Shown: one piece after another, positions 8,074 to 18,440 of the stretch
Layout of the letters: every line of letters starts with the position of its first letter
How positions within the stretch are numbered: the first letter of the stretch is position 1
Virus record (IMG/VR): IMGVR_UViG_3300025711_000009
DNA from: a virus
Reading direction: 5' to 3' (one strand)
Length of the DNA: 62,813 nt
Program-made: the position numbers and the translations under genes
Notes under the pieces: generated by a model
What the model was told of the DNA's origin: nothing
Database searches by the model: none
Seen by the model: only the letters and a program-made list of their open reading frames with translations

Positions 8074-8319
8074 ATGGAACTCCATCAACTGTTCCCCGAC
8101 GACCTCGTCTTCGAGAGCGAAGCAACCGAAGCGACCGGTGTCCCCGGAACCGTGATCCGCCAATGGGCGCGCCGGGGCAAGATCCGGCGATTCACCGGGC
8201 GGACCAGCGAGTACGCCGGCAACGGCCGTGAGCACACCACCATGTACGCCCTCCCCGAGATCCGCGAACGGGCCGCCACCTACCGGCCCATGCCGCAGCG
8301 GAAGCCCAAGGCCGCCTGA
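8074..8319 (+). CDS. HTH DNA-binding protein (MerR/excisionase-like)
   Basis: 81 aa with ATEATGVPGTVIRQWARRGKIRRF. Confidence 0.75.
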   Translation: MELHQLFPDDLVFESEATEATGVPGTVIRQWARRGKIRRFTGRTSEYAGNGREHTTMYALPEIRERAATYRPMPQRKPKAA

Positions 8320-8334
8320 CGAGGGGAGGCCGCC

Positions 8335-9045
8335 ATGCGCCGCCACCGTCTCATCTGGCTCCTCCTCGCCGCACTGATCGCCACGGCCGCCTGCACCCCC
8401 ACCGCGGCCGCCGCGACCCCGCCGACGATCCGCGTCATGCCGCTCGGGGATTCGATCACCGCCGGCCTCGGCTCCACCTCCGGCGCCGGATACCGGCTCC
8501 CGCTGTGGAACCGGGTCGCAGGCCAGTCCCGGTACCGGGTCGACTACGTCGGCTCTCAGCACGACGGCGCCATCCCCGACCCGGACCACGAGGGGCATCG
8601 CGGCTGGCAGATCGCGCAGATCCGGGCCGAGATCGACAGCTGGCTGGCCGCCTCCCAGCCCCGCTACGTGATCCTGCACATCGGGATCAATGACCTCGCC
8701 TGGGGCGCAGACCCCGCCGTCGCAGCCGGCCAGTTCGCCGACCTCGTCGCACGGATCTACGCAGACCGGCCCGGCGTCATCATCATCGTCATGGGGTTGA
8801 TCCCGACCAGTGCCGGGATACAGGCCCAGGTTGCCGCCTACAACGCCAAGATCCGCACCACCCCCGGGCCCCACTACGTGGACGCGCCCGCCCTCACCAG
8901 CAGTGAGATGGTCGACGAGCTCCACCCCAACGACCAGGGCTACCAGCGGATCGGCGACGTGATCTACACCGAACTCAACCGGCTGGAGATCGCGAGGCAG
9001 AGGGCCGGCAGTCAGCCGCCCGCCACACGGATCCCACGCGGATAG
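8335..9045 (+). CDS. Secreted/lipoprotein SGNH (GDSL) hydrolase
   Basis: Signal peptide with lipobox LIATAAC. Block I PLGDSIT, block III GINDL, block [10 protein letters not shown]. Confidence 0.9.
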   Translation: MRRHRLIWLLLAALIATAACTPTAAAATPPTIRVMPLGDSITAGLGSTSGAGYRLPLWNRVAGQSRYRVDYVGSQHDGAIPDPDHEGHRGWQIAQIRAEIDSWLAASQPRYVILHIGINDLAWGADPAVAAGQFADLVARIYADRPGVIIIVMGLIPTSAGIQAQVAAYNAKIRTTPGPHYVDAPALTSSEMVDELHPNDQGYQRIGDVIYTELNRLEIARQRAGSQPPATRIPRG

Positions 9046-9062
9046 ACCACGAGGAGGTGGCC

Positions 9063-11414
9063 ATGTCGTTCCCCGCTGGCGCCTCCACGATCACGATTGT
9101 CGGAACCTTCCCAGTCTCTGTCGGTGGCGGCACGCGTGCCGGTCGCGTGGTCTTCACCCCGACCGCGGTCCTCGTTGACTCCACCCAGCATGCGATCTAC
9201 AGCGGCGGCGGGCCCGTCGCGATCGCCAACGGGACCATGACGGCCACCCTGCTCTGCAACGACGACCCCGACATCAAGCCCACCGGCTGGCGCTGGCACG
9301 TCGAGGAACAGCCGGCTGGCGGCGTCTGGCGGGACTACTACATCGACCTGCCCTCCACCCTCGGGGCAACCGTCCACCTCGACCAGGTCGCCGAAGTCCC
9401 GGCGCCTGACGGAGGCGAAGGGGGCGCCGTTGGACCTCAGGGGCCGGCCGGCCCTGCCGGACCCCAGGGTGCTACGGGCGCCACTGGAGCAACAGGCCCC
9501 CAGGGCCCGGCTGGACCGACGGGGGCAACTGGCCCGGCGGGTGCCGATGGAGCGACCGGCGCGGCAGGCCCGCAAGGGCCCAAGGGGGATACCGGCGATA
9601 CGGGCCCCGCTGGGCCGGCGGGCGCGACAGGTCCGCAAGGGCCCGCAGGTGCAGACGGAGCCACGGGAGCTACAGGCCCCCAGGGTCCCACCGGAGCAAC
9701 CGGACCGCAGGGAGACGCTGGCCCCGCAGGAGCGACAGGGGCCACCGGAGCGACGGGCGCAACAGGGCCCACTGGGGCAACGGGCGCGCAGGGCCTCCAG
9801 GGCGTCCCCGGTGTGGACGCGTCCGGGAATCGCACCAGCGAGGTCCGCATCACCGACGGAGCCGTCCAGGATCTGGCCAGTGCCGCCGCCTGGACGATCG
9901 CCACAACCAGCGTTGGCACCCAGCTCAAATGCTCCATCCCCGCCGAGGTGGGCGACCGAATCCGCGTCGATATCGGCATGCTGTACTCCGGTACCCGCTA
10001 CCTCGACGCCGTCCTCCTGGATTCGGCCGGCGCCATCAACCTCTACGCAGGCACCCTCACCACCAGCCCGCTCGCCGAAGGCAACCCCGAGCTGTACCCG
10101 TCGACCTCGTTCGGCAAAGCATCCTCGGGGATTGTCTTCACTGTCGCGGCCGGACATCTCTCCGGCGGGCAGGCGACCATCGCCCTCGCCAACCAGGGCA
10201 CGGGCGCCGGCAGGGTCTACGCCTTCTCCGGCTACCCCTTCCGCCTCGGCCTGACCAACATTGGGCCGGCAATCGCCCCTTCCGGCATAAGCGTCGCCCA
10301 GACCAGCACGCCCACGTCCGGCTACATCAAGTACGCGCCCGCCGGAGTCGCGCTGTCCGGCAGTGACGTCACCGGCCCGTTCAGCTACCTCGGCGCCGGA
10401 GGCTTCCAGATCGGCGTCGGCACCCCCGATTCAACCTACGTCCTGCCGACGACGAGGTATCCCAACACCCGGGGCACGCTCAGCTCCAGCCAGTCGATCT
10501 ACAGCATCGAGTTCGGAACGGACGCGACCGCCTTCCAGCTGCGCTTCAACTGGCAGACCGGCGGATGCATCCGGATCACGGTCGACGGTCGCCGCATGAC
10601 CGACCTCATGCAGTCCCTGGGTGGCATCACCCTCGGCAGCAGCCACTTGATGACCGTCAGCCTGGGCGCCGCCCAGCCGCGAACGATCCGCCTCGACTTC
10701 AGCGTCGCCCCATACGGCGGGATTTTCCTCCCGCCAGGGGCCTCGATGTGGAAGCCAGCGACGCCGAGCAAGCGAATCATGATCCTCGGGGACAGCATCT
10801 CCGGTGGCAGCAGCATGAACACTGCTGGTGGCGCCGGAACTTGGTTCCCGCGGGCCGCCCGCCTCCTCGGGTACAGCGACATCTGGAACGAGTCCCTGGG
10901 AGGCACCGGCTACATCACGGCCGGCTCCTTCGCCACCCTCGGCACCCGGGCCCCGATCGACGTCATACCGAACGCCCCCGACACGCTGATCATCTCGGCC
11001 GGCTACAACGACAACGGTGGCAGCCAACCGTCCATCAGTTCGGCAGCAGCCGGCCTGTACAGCGCCATCAAGGCCGGCCTGCCCAACGCCGCGATCTACG
11101 TGATCGGCTGCTGGTCACCCAGCGGCTCCCCCGCCACGTCGATCACCAACACCGACAACACAATCAAGGCGGCCGCAGCTGCGGCCAACCTGCCGTTCAT
11201 CTCGCCCCTCACCGGCGGCATCTACAACTCGGCAGGCACGCTCATCGCCACCCACGGGGCGTGGATCACCGGCACCGGCCGGGTCGGCGCAACCACCGGA
11301 TCCGGCAACGCCGACACGTACATCGGTACCGACGCCGTCCACCCCACGGACGCCGGCCACAAGTACCTAGGCGACCGGGTCACCGCGGCAATCCAGGAAC
11401 TCCAGAACGCATAG
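9063..11414 (+). CDS. Collagen-like fibre protein with C-terminal SGNH hydrolase domain
   Basis: GAGGAGG RBS. About 40 Gly-X-Y triplets. C-terminal motifs [14 protein letters not shown] and [10 protein letters not shown]. Confidence 0.9.
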   Translation: MSFPAGASTITIVGTFPVSVGGGTRAGRVVFTPTAVLVDSTQHAIYSGGGPVAIANGTMTATLLCNDDPDIKPTGWRWHVEEQPAGGVWRDYYIDLPSTLGATVHLDQVAEVPAPDGGEGGAVGPQGPAGPAGPQGATGATGATGPQGPAGPTGATGPAGADGATGAAGPQGPKGDTGDTGPAGPAGATGPQGPAGADGATGATGPQGPTGATGPQGDAGPAGATGATGATGATGPTGATGAQGLQGVPGVDASGNRTSEVRITDGAVQDLASAAAWTIATTSVGTQLKCSIPAEVGDRIRVDIGMLYSGTRYLDAVLLDSAGAINLYAGTLTTSPLAEGNPELYPSTSFGKASSGIVFTVAAGHLSGGQATIALANQGTGAGRVYAFSGYPFRLGLTNIGPAIAPSGISVAQTSTPTSGYIKYAPAGVALSGSDVTGPFSYLGAGGFQIGVGTPDSTYVLPTTRYPNTRGTLSSSQSIYSIEFGTDATAFQLRFNWQTGGCIRITVDGRRMTDLMQSLGGITLGSSHLMTVSLGAAQPRTIRLDFSVAPYGGIFLPPGASMWKPATPSKRIMILGDSISGGSSMNTAGGAGTWFPRAARLLGYSDIWNESLGGTGYITAGSFATLGTRAPIDVIPNAPDTLIISAGYNDNGGSQPSISSAAAGLYSAIKAGLPNAAIYVIGCWSPSGSPATSITNTDNTIKAAAAAANLPFISPLTGGIYNSAGTLIATHGAWITGTGRVGATTGSGNADTYIGTDAVHPTDAGHKYLGDRVTAAIQELQNA
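9411..9815 (+). repeat. Gly-X-Y collagen-like triplet repeat (coding)
   Basis: [31 protein letters not shown]... read in frame. Confidence 0.9.
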
Positions 11415-11423
11415 GAGGTGGCC

Positions 11424-12122
11424 GTGGACGACCTCCTCATGATCGTGCCCACGCGCGGCAGGCCGGACAGCGTCCCAGCCATCATGGACTGCTGGCGGCA
11501 GACCGGCGCCACCGCCGACATCCTGTTCGCCGTCGATGACGACGACCCCATGCTGCCCGGCTACCGCGAGCACATGGAAACCCTCAATGACCCGCACATC
11601 CGCTGGCGGACCGGGCCTCGCCTGCGGATGTGCGGCACCCTCAACGCCGCCGCCGTCGAGATGGCGCCGCACTACCGGTTCCTCGCCTTCATGGGCGACG
11701 ACCACCGTCCTCGCACGCCCGGCTGGGATGAGCGCTTCCGGATCTGCATGTCCGCCGGCCCAGGCATCGTCTACGGCAACGACCTGCTGCAGGGCGAGAT
11801 CATGGCCACCGCCGTAGCGATGACCTCGGACATCGTCACCACGCTCGGCTACATGGCACCGCCCGCCCTCATCCACCTCTGCCTCGACCTGGTCTGGATG
11901 GACTGGGGCCGTGGCATGGGCCGCATCACCTACCTCGGCGACGTGATCCTCGAACACATGCACCCGGCCAACGGCAAGGCAGACATCGACGCCGGCTACA
12001 TCGAGTGCAACAGCTCGGCCGTGTCCACCGCTGACGCCACCACCTACTACGACTACCGCGACAACGGCGGCCTCCAAGCCGACCTGGAGAAGCTGCGGGC
12101 CCTCATCGAGGAGACGGCATGA
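11424..12122 (+). CDS. GT-A fold glycosyltransferase (family 2-like)
   Basis: IVPTRGRP, AVDDDD and GDDH motifs. GTG start 5 nt after AGGAGG; an alternative GTG lies at 11418. Confidence 0.8.
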   Translation: MDDLLMIVPTRGRPDSVPAIMDCWRQTGATADILFAVDDDDPMLPGYREHMETLNDPHIRWRTGPRLRMCGTLNAAAVEMAPHYRFLAFMGDDHRPRTPGWDERFRICMSAGPGIVYGNDLLQGEIMATAVAMTSDIVTTLGYMAPPALIHLCLDLVWMDWGRGMGRITYLGDVILEHMHPANGKADIDAGYIECNSSAVSTADATTYYDYRDNGGLQADLEKLRALIEETA

Positions 12123-12715
12123 GCATCGACAGCGTCATCGACGCCTGGAACGAAGCAGACCCGTCCGCGATCCACCCCACCCGCGGCATCTCTGAAGAGG
12201 CGTACCAGGCATCCGGGCAGAACCAGGCCGCTCTGCTGGCCACCGTCCTGCCCGAGGGGTGCCGCGTGGTCGACTTCGGCTGCGGAGACGGACGCGTCGC
12301 CATCCCCCTCGGCCGAATGGGCTACCGCGTGACGGCTGCTGACTCCTCAGAGAACATGCTGCGGCGATTTCGGGAGCGTGCGAACGCCTACCCGACCGTA
12401 CTTACCGACGGCACCGACCTGCACGAGAAGTTGGGGCACAAGACCGACGCCGTCATCTCGCTCGCCGTCCTGATCCACCACAGCTACGAGGCCGGTGAGC
12501 GCATCATCGAAGGCCTCCGCACTGCGGTACGCGCGAATGGCCTCCTCATCCTTGACTGGCCTGTCGCCAACGAACCCCGCGAGGGCGGCGGCTGGATCAA
12601 CGTCACCACCTGGTCCCGCGAACAGCAGGACGAAATCTGCCAGCGGATCGGCCTCAAGCGCCTCGACGAACCTGGTCTGCCTTGGGCGGTCTTCCGCGCG
12701 GTCAAGGCCGGCTGA
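12119..12715 (+). CDS. Class I SAM-dependent methyltransferase
   Basis: VVDFGCGDGRVAIPL motif I; ATGA overlap. Confidence 0.9.
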   Translation: MSIDSVIDAWNEADPSAIHPTRGISEEAYQASGQNQAALLATVLPEGCRVVDFGCGDGRVAIPLGRMGYRVTAADSSENMLRRFRERANAYPTVLTDGTDLHEKLGHKTDAVISLAVLIHHSYEAGERIIEGLRTAVRANGLLILDWPVANEPREGGGWINVTTWSREQQDEICQRIGLKRLDEPGLPWAVFRAVKAG

Positions 12716-13596
12716 TGCGCGTCCTCCTCACCGGAGCCGCGGGCTTCGTCGGCCGCCACCTGCACCAAGCGCTGTGGGAGCGCGACTACCAGGTTTCCGC
12801 GATCGACCTCCGGTCGAACCGCGCCGTGCTCAAGCGGGACGCCCTCGACCACTTCCGCACCAGCGACGTCAAGTTCGACTTGGCCATCCACTGCGCGGCC
12901 ATCGTAGGCGGACGGGCCAGCATCGACGGCAGCCCCCTCGGCGTCGCCACCAACCTCGGCCTCGACGCCTGGTACATGCGGTGGCTGGCCCGCACCAAGA
13001 CTCCACGGGCCGTGTACTTCTCAAGCTCTGCCGCATACCCGGTCGCCCTCCAGCAGCCAGGCGAAGTCCGGAGGCTGGTGGAGACGGACATCGACTACGA
13101 GCAGCCCGGCCGCCCGGACGCCACCTACGGCCTGGCCAAGCTGACCGGTGAGCAGCTCTGTCAGTACGCCGCGGCGACCGGCACCCGCATGACGGTACTC
13201 AGGCCGTTCTCCGGCTACGGCAGCGACCAAGACGACAGCTACCCCTTCCCCGCGTTCATCCAGAGGGCGAAGCGGCGGCAGGACCCGTTCGAGATCTGGG
13301 GCGATGGAAGCTCCACCCGCGACTGGATCCACATCGACGACCTCGTGGGCGCCACCCTCGCAGCCGCCGAGCAGGACGTCACGGGCCCCGTGAACCTGGG
13401 CACCGGCAAGGCGACGAGCTTTGACGAACTCGCCGGGCTCGTCACCGCGACGGCTGGCTACCGGCCCGAGCTGAAGCACCTGCCGACCGCGCCGCAGGGC
13501 GTCCATCACCGCGTATGCGACCCGTCACGGATGCTCGACTTCTACACGCCCACCGTCACCCTCGAAGAGGGGATCCGGCGGGCACTCGCCGACTAG
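12715..13596 (+). CDS. NAD-dependent sugar epimerase/dehydratase (SDR)
   Basis: LLTGAAGFVGRHL Rossmann motif and YGLAKLTGE (YxxxK). TGATG overlap. Confidence 0.9.
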   Translation: MRVLLTGAAGFVGRHLHQALWERDYQVSAIDLRSNRAVLKRDALDHFRTSDVKFDLAIHCAAIVGGRASIDGSPLGVATNLGLDAWYMRWLARTKTPRAVYFSSSAAYPVALQQPGEVRRLVETDIDYEQPGRPDATYGLAKLTGEQLCQYAAATGTRMTVLRPFSGYGSDQDDSYPFPAFIQRAKRRQDPFEIWGDGSSTRDWIHIDDLVGATLAAAEQDVTGPVNLGTGKATSFDELAGLVTATAGYRPELKHLPTAPQGVHHRVCDPSRMLDFYTPTVTLEEGIRRALAD

Positions 13597-13611
13597 AAAG
13601 AGGCCGGCGCC

Positions 13612-13944
13612 ATGGCCCGCATCCAGATCCTCGAACTGCCCACCATCTACCGCGAGCACGGCGACGACGAGACCCCGTTCGTTCTGATCGTTGACCAGTA
13701 CGTGCCCGAGCGACACCTCACCGGGCTCGACCAAGTTGAGCCCGTCTCGCAGTGGAACGGGCTGGCCGAGCGAATCGGAGCCCGTGCCGTCCTGGTCTTC
13801 GAAGAGGCCATTGAGATTCCGGCTAACGAGGTGCCCATCGGACCGGACGGTTACCCCGTTCGCCTGAGGGTCGTAGGTGATTTCACCGGCTTCCGGCAGC
13901 AGATCGAGGAACAGATCAAGTACGTAGAGGGTCGACTCGGATGA
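13612..13944 (+). CDS. Hypothetical protein (110 aa)
   Basis: High GC3; coupled to the HNH gene. Confidence 0.7.
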   Translation: MARIQILELPTIYREHGDDETPFVLIVDQYVPERHLTGLDQVEPVSQWNGLAERIGARAVLVFEEAIEIPANEVPIGPDGYPVRLRVVGDFTGFRQQIEEQIKYVEGRLG

Positions 13945-14234
13945 GCGGCGGCTGGCGGGGCTCGGATCGCAAGGCCCGGTTGCCTTCCGGCTGGTCAAAG
14001 ATCCGGGCTCAGATCCTGGCCCGCGACCCGGTGTGCAAGATCTGCAACGTGCGGCCGTCTAGGTTCTGCGATCACATCAAGGCCAAGGCCGACGACCATA
14101 GCGAGGCCGGCCTGCAAGGCGTCTGCGGCCCCTGCCACGACCAGAAGAGCAGCACCGAAGGTAACGCTGCGCAGCGTGCCAACCCCAGGCCTGGACGTGC
14201 ACGGCCGCCCGAACAGCACCCTGGACTGAGGTGA
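13941..14234 (+). CDS. HNH endonuclease (packaging-associated)
   Basis: CKICN...CDHIKAKADDH...CGPCHDQKS. Sits just upstream of the terminase genes. Confidence 0.85.
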   Translation: MSGGWRGSDRKARLPSGWSKIRAQILARDPVCKICNVRPSRFCDHIKAKADDHSEAGLQGVCGPCHDQKSSTEGNAAQRANPRPGRARPPEQHPGLR

Positions 14235-14473
14235 TCAGCGTGGCGCGTAAGCCCAACCCCCGAGGCAACGCCGAGACCTTGCGCAGGTACTGGAGCACAG
14301 GCCAAGGCTCAGCCAAGATCCGCTGGAACACGCCAGGCGACTGGACCAGGTGCAACCGGCAGTTGCACAAGTACCTCGGAGCTCGGGCCAAGGGTTACTG
14401 CCAGCTGCTCCACATCCGGAACACCGGAGTCGGCACAGGCAGCAGGGCCAACGTCGGCAGGCGGAGGCGTTAG
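14231..14473 (+). CDS. Conserved phage protein (80 aa)
   Basis: GTGA overlap. LRRYWSTGQGSAKIRWNTPGDWTRC-type motif, which I recall from head-module proteins. Confidence 0.6.
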   Translation: MISVARKPNPRGNAETLRRYWSTGQGSAKIRWNTPGDWTRCNRQLHKYLGARAKGYCQLLHIRNTGVGTGSRANVGRRRR

Positions 14474-14483
14474 CAGGTCGAGG

Positions 14484-14763
14484 GATCGACCGCAAGGGTT
14501 CGACAGCCTCGAACGTTCGATCGGTTGAGGCGAAGCAGTGATGATCGACTTCCCTGTCAAGGGGTTGACAAGATCAACATTGAAGATCTTTTGGATCTCC
14601 TAACCCATGATCATCGGCCCCCAAATTCCATGATCCTTTAGAAGGTTTCATGATCCGGGGGGATACCCTTGATCCACTTTTCTCAGGGATCGGGGCCGTA
14701 TAGCACCTGGAATCCTGTACGGGTTTTCTAGGCCCCTGACCTGCGCGAACACCGCATCTGATC
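14484..14763. promoter_or_regulatory. GATC-dense, lower-GC cos/pac-like region upstream of terminase
   Basis: 12 GATC tetramers counted in about 280 bp, four of them as ATGATC and two more as TGATC. No credible ORF. Confidence 0.5.
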
Positions 14764-14852
14764 AAGGGCGGCCCTGGTGGCGGCCCTTGCCTGCCTTTCT
14801 CGTCCGCCCCCTTGCTGGCCCTGGTGGCCGGCCGCAGACCCTGGAGGTCGTC

Positions 14853-15290
14853 GTGGGCACTCGTGGTCCCGTCCCCAAACGCTCCGAGGAGCGCCGCCGC
14901 CGCAACCTCGACGACGGCCCCGGTCTCATCCAGGCCCCGGCCGGCCCGCCGACTGACTTGCCGGAACTCCCGGAGCCCGACGAGCTGTGGCATCCGATCG
15001 CCACCGAGTGGTACCTCTCGCTCCGCGAGTCCGGCCAGGCCGCGTTCTATCAGCCCTCGGACTGGGCGATGGCCCGCTACGCCGCCGAGCTCATGTCCCG
15101 CGGCCTGCAGTCGGATCGCCCGCCGAACGGTCAGTACGTGGCTGCGCTCAACAGCGTGATGGCCTCGCTGCTGACGACCGAGGGCGACCGTCGGCGGGCC
15201 CGCATCGAGCTGGAGCGCAAGAAGCCCGTGACCGCGGTGCCGGCCAGCGTCACGGCCATAGCCGACTACCGATCTTCGATCGGTGGCTGA
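14853..15290 (+). CDS. terS: Terminase small subunit
   Basis: GTG start after GGAGG. N-terminus GTRGPVPKRSEERRRRN is typical of P27-type small terminases. Confidence 0.75.
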   Translation: MGTRGPVPKRSEERRRRNLDDGPGLIQAPAGPPTDLPELPEPDELWHPIATEWYLSLRESGQAAFYQPSDWAMARYAAELMSRGLQSDRPPNGQYVAALNSVMASLLTTEGDRRRARIELERKKPVTAVPASVTAIADYRSSIGG

Positions 15291-17013
15291 CGAGGAAGTC
15301 CCCGAGGTCGTCACCCCGTTCACGATCGGTCCGACCTGGAAGCGGGGACCGGATGGGAAGTTCCTGCTGCCCGAGTACACGCTCGGCTGGCATGCCCTCG
15401 CGTGGACGGCGACCTACCTGCAGCACTACGTCGGCGCCCCGTGGCGGTACACGCCCGAGCAGGCCCGGCTGACCCTGTGGTGGTACGCCATGGACCCGGC
15501 GACGAACCGGTTCCTGTGGCGGGATGGTGTCATCCAGCGGATGAAGGGCCACGGCAAGGACCCGCTGGTGGCGACCTTCGCGGCCTTCGAGTTCGTCGGC
15601 CCGTGCCGCTTCGGGCAGGTGGCCGACGAGGGAAACGAGTGGGGCGTGCCCGCGGGTCAGCCGCTGGGGCAGCCGCATCCGGCGGCCTGGGTACAGATCG
15701 CCGCAGTCAGCCAGGACCAGACCAGAAACACGATGACCCTGTTTCCGTCGATCCTGACGCGGCGGGCCATCGAGGAGTTCCGGATCGATCTCGGCAAGGA
15801 GATCATCTACGCCGACAAGGGACGGGCCCGGATAGAGGCAGTCACCAGCTCCCCTCGTGCATTGGAGGGCGGCCGGCCGACGTTCGTGTCCCTCGGGGAG
15901 ACGCACCACTGGCTGGAGTCGAATCAGGGTCACGAGATGGCGGCGGTCATCGAGCGTAACGCCACCAAGTCAGCAGACGGTGCGAGCCGGACACTGGCGA
16001 ACACGAACGCCTACGAGCCGGGCGAGGACTCGGTGGCGGAACGCACGCGGGAGGCCTTTGAGTCGGCCGCGGCCGGCCGTGCGGTCGATACGGGGCTGTT
16101 CTACGACAGCCTCGAAGCGCCCGCCGAAGCGAAGCTGACCGAAGCCTGGATCATTCCGACGCTTCGCGCGGTCCGCGGCGATTCGACGTGGCTGGACATC
16201 GACCGGTTGAAGGCGTCCATTTTGGACGTCCGCAACCCGCCATCGAGGTCGCGCCGCTTCTGGTTCAACCAGATCACGGCAGCTGAGGATGCGTACCTGG
16301 CACCCTACGAGTGGGACGCCTGCCCTCACGACGGCATCGACCTGCAGCCGGGCGACGAGATCGTCGTCTTCTTCGACGGCTCCAAATCAGACGACGCGAC
16401 CGGCCTGGTCGCCTGCCGCCTCTCGGATGGCTTTACCAAGACGCTCGGCGTCTGGCAGAAGCCGGCGAACTGGCCCGACGGTACCCCGTGGCGGGTGCCT
16501 CGCGAGGAGGTCGACGGCGTCGTGGATCTGGCCTTCGCCACCTACAAGCCGCTCGCATTCTTCGCCGACCCAGGCTCGGGCTTCGACGAGGCGGACGGCG
16601 AACGCTACTGGGACGGCTACATCGACGCCTGGGCCCAGCGGTACGGGAAGCGGCTGAGGCTTAAGGCGGTGGCCTCCGGTCACGGCCAGCACGCGGTCAT
16701 GTGGGACATGCGCGACCGGCGCCGACAGCAGACGTTCACCGAGGCCGTGGACCGCTTCTACCGGGACGTACTCGAACGCCAGCTCACGCATGACGGCCAC
16801 AAGGTGCTGCGTCAGCACATCGCCAACGCCCGGCGCCGCACCAACGCCTGGGGCTACACGATCGGCAAGGAGCATCGGGAGTCGGCCCGCAAGGTCGACT
16901 TGGCGGTGTGTGCGATCGGCGCGCGGATGCTGCGCCGGATGGTCATGAACTCGACGGCCTGGACCAAGAGGTCAACGGTCCGCGGTAAGGGACGGGTGGT
17001 GGTGCTGCGGTGA
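15283..17013 (+). CDS. terL: Terminase large subunit
   Basis: 576 aa at the expected position. Nuclease-domain motif VVFFDGSKSDDATGLV. Confidence 0.9.
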   Translation: MADEEVPEVVTPFTIGPTWKRGPDGKFLLPEYTLGWHALAWTATYLQHYVGAPWRYTPEQARLTLWWYAMDPATNRFLWRDGVIQRMKGHGKDPLVATFAAFEFVGPCRFGQVADEGNEWGVPAGQPLGQPHPAAWVQIAAVSQDQTRNTMTLFPSILTRRAIEEFRIDLGKEIIYADKGRARIEAVTSSPRALEGGRPTFVSLGETHHWLESNQGHEMAAVIERNATKSADGASRTLANTNAYEPGEDSVAERTREAFESAAAGRAVDTGLFYDSLEAPAEAKLTEAWIIPTLRAVRGDSTWLDIDRLKASILDVRNPPSRSRRFWFNQITAAEDAYLAPYEWDACPHDGIDLQPGDEIVVFFDGSKSDDATGLVACRLSDGFTKTLGVWQKPANWPDGTPWRVPREEVDGVVDLAFATYKPLAFFADPGSGFDEADGERYWDGYIDAWAQRYGKRLRLKAVASGHGQHAVMWDMRDRRRQQTFTEAVDRFYRDVLERQLTHDGHKVLRQHIANARRRTNAWGYTIGKEHRESARKVDLAVCAIGARMLRRMVMNSTAWTKRSTVRGKGRVVVLR

Positions 17014-18440
17014 CGATTCCTACCCTCCCCCTCCTGTCGCTGTCGGAAGAGGAGCTGGGCATTCTCACGATGCTCCGCTCGGACCTCCTGAACCAGCGCT
17101 TCAAGTTGGAGCTATTCGATGCCTACTTCAACGGCGAGCAGCTGGTCCGCGACTTGGGGATCAGCATTCCGCCGCAGTTGAAGACCCTTCACACGGTGAT
17201 CGGCTGGCCGCGTATCGGCGTCGAGGCACTGGAACAGCGTCTCGACCTTGAGGCGTTCCGTTGGGCGGACGGGGGCGACTCCTCGGATCTGCTGGAGATC
17301 GCCGAAGCGAACGACTGGTACGACGAGGCGTCGCTGGGACACCTGGACGCGCTTACTTACGGCCGCGAGTACATGGCGGTCGGCACCGGAGAGGCGGACG
17401 GTCCTCCGCTGGTGACGTTCGAGTCTCCGCTGGATATGACGATGGACTGGGACGCCCGGCTGAGGTTGGCGAGGTCGGCGCTGCGAGAAAGTCAAGGTGG
17501 GCAGCTCGGCTTGGGTCTCGCACCCGAGGATCGGGTCGTCTCCCTCTACCTGCCTACCGGGAACGTGTATGCGGTGGAAACTGACGGCGGCTGGGAGGTC
17601 GTCGATCGGGACGAGCACAACCTCGGCGTGGTGACAGTGTTGCGGATGGCGAACCGCCAGCGGACCGCGGACCGTGTGGGCCGTTCGGAGATCACGCCCG
17701 AGGTCATGTCCATCACGGACGCGGCTTGCCGTCGCCTGATGGGCATCGAGGTTGCCGCGGAGTTCTTCGGGGCACCCCAGCGCTACATCCTCGGCGCCTC
17801 GGAGTCCGCCTTCCAGGACGCGGAGGGCAACGCTAAGAGCGCCTGGGATACGTATATCGGCCGCGTCCTGGCTCTGGAGCGGGACGAGGACGGCAACGTC
17901 CCGACGGTCGGGGCCTTCACGGCTCACGACCCGTCCGGCCAGACCAAAATCATTGACTTGTACGCACGCATCATGGCCACGCAGCTCGGCTTGCCGCCAC
18001 ACATGCTCGGTTACACCAGCGACAACCCTGCGAGCGCGGATGCTATCCGCTCCAGCGAGGGCATGCTGGTCAAGAAGGCCGAGCGCAGGATCCGCAGGTT
18101 TAGCGCCACCCACCGGGAGGCCATGCGGTTGGCTCTGTGGGTGCGTGACGGGGAGCCGCCGGAGAAGAGCCGCCGCATTGAGACGGTGTGGCGCAACCCA
18201 GCCACCCCGACGATCGCCGCCCAGACCGACGCCGCGGTCAAAATGGTTCAGGCGGGGATTCTGCCCGCCGACGGCGACGTCGTGCTGGAGATGGCCGGCC
18301 TGACCGAGGACCAGCGGCAACGAGTCGCAGCTGAACGGCGACGAGCCCGCGGGGCGGACATGGTCCGACAGCTGACGGCTTTGTCCTCACCGGACGGCCA
18401 GCCGCACACGGTGGCTCCCGATGCCGTCGCCAGCGTCTGA
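17010..18440 (+). CDS. Portal protein
   Basis: 476 aa; follows terL with a GTGA overlap. Confidence 0.9.
   Translation: MTIPTLPLLSLSEEELGILTMLRSDLLNQRFKLELFDAYFNGEQLVRDLGISIPPQLKTLHTVIGWPRIGVEALEQRLDLEAFRWADGGDSSDLLEIAEANDWYDEASLGHLDALTYGREYMAVGTGEADGPPLVTFESPLDMTMDWDARLRLARSALRESQGGQLGLGLAPEDRVVSLYLPTGNVYAVETDGGWEVVDRDEHNLGVVTVLRMANRQRTADRVGRSEITPEVMSITDAACRRLMGIEVAAEFFGAPQRYILGASESAFQDAEGNAKSAWDTYIGRVLALERDEDGNVPTVGAFTAHDPSGQTKIIDLYARIMATQLGLPPHMLGYTSDNPASADAIRSSEGMLVKKAERRIRRFSATHREAMRLALWVRDGEPPEKSRRIETVWRNPATPTIAAQTDAAVKMVQAGILPADGDVVLEMAGLTEDQRQRVAAERRRARGADMVRQLTALSSPDGQPHTVAPDAVASV

Noticed and set aside
9411-9815. Highly repetitive DNA that could be mistaken for a tandem repeat or CRISPR-like array
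   Set aside because: It is in-frame Gly-X-Y collagen-like coding sequence with no repeat-spacer structure. No CRISPR array is seen anywhere in the window.
14574-15380. 268-aa minus-strand ORF over the cos-like region and terS
   Set aside because: It is antisense to terS and runs through the AT-richer GATC cluster. There are no supporting signals.
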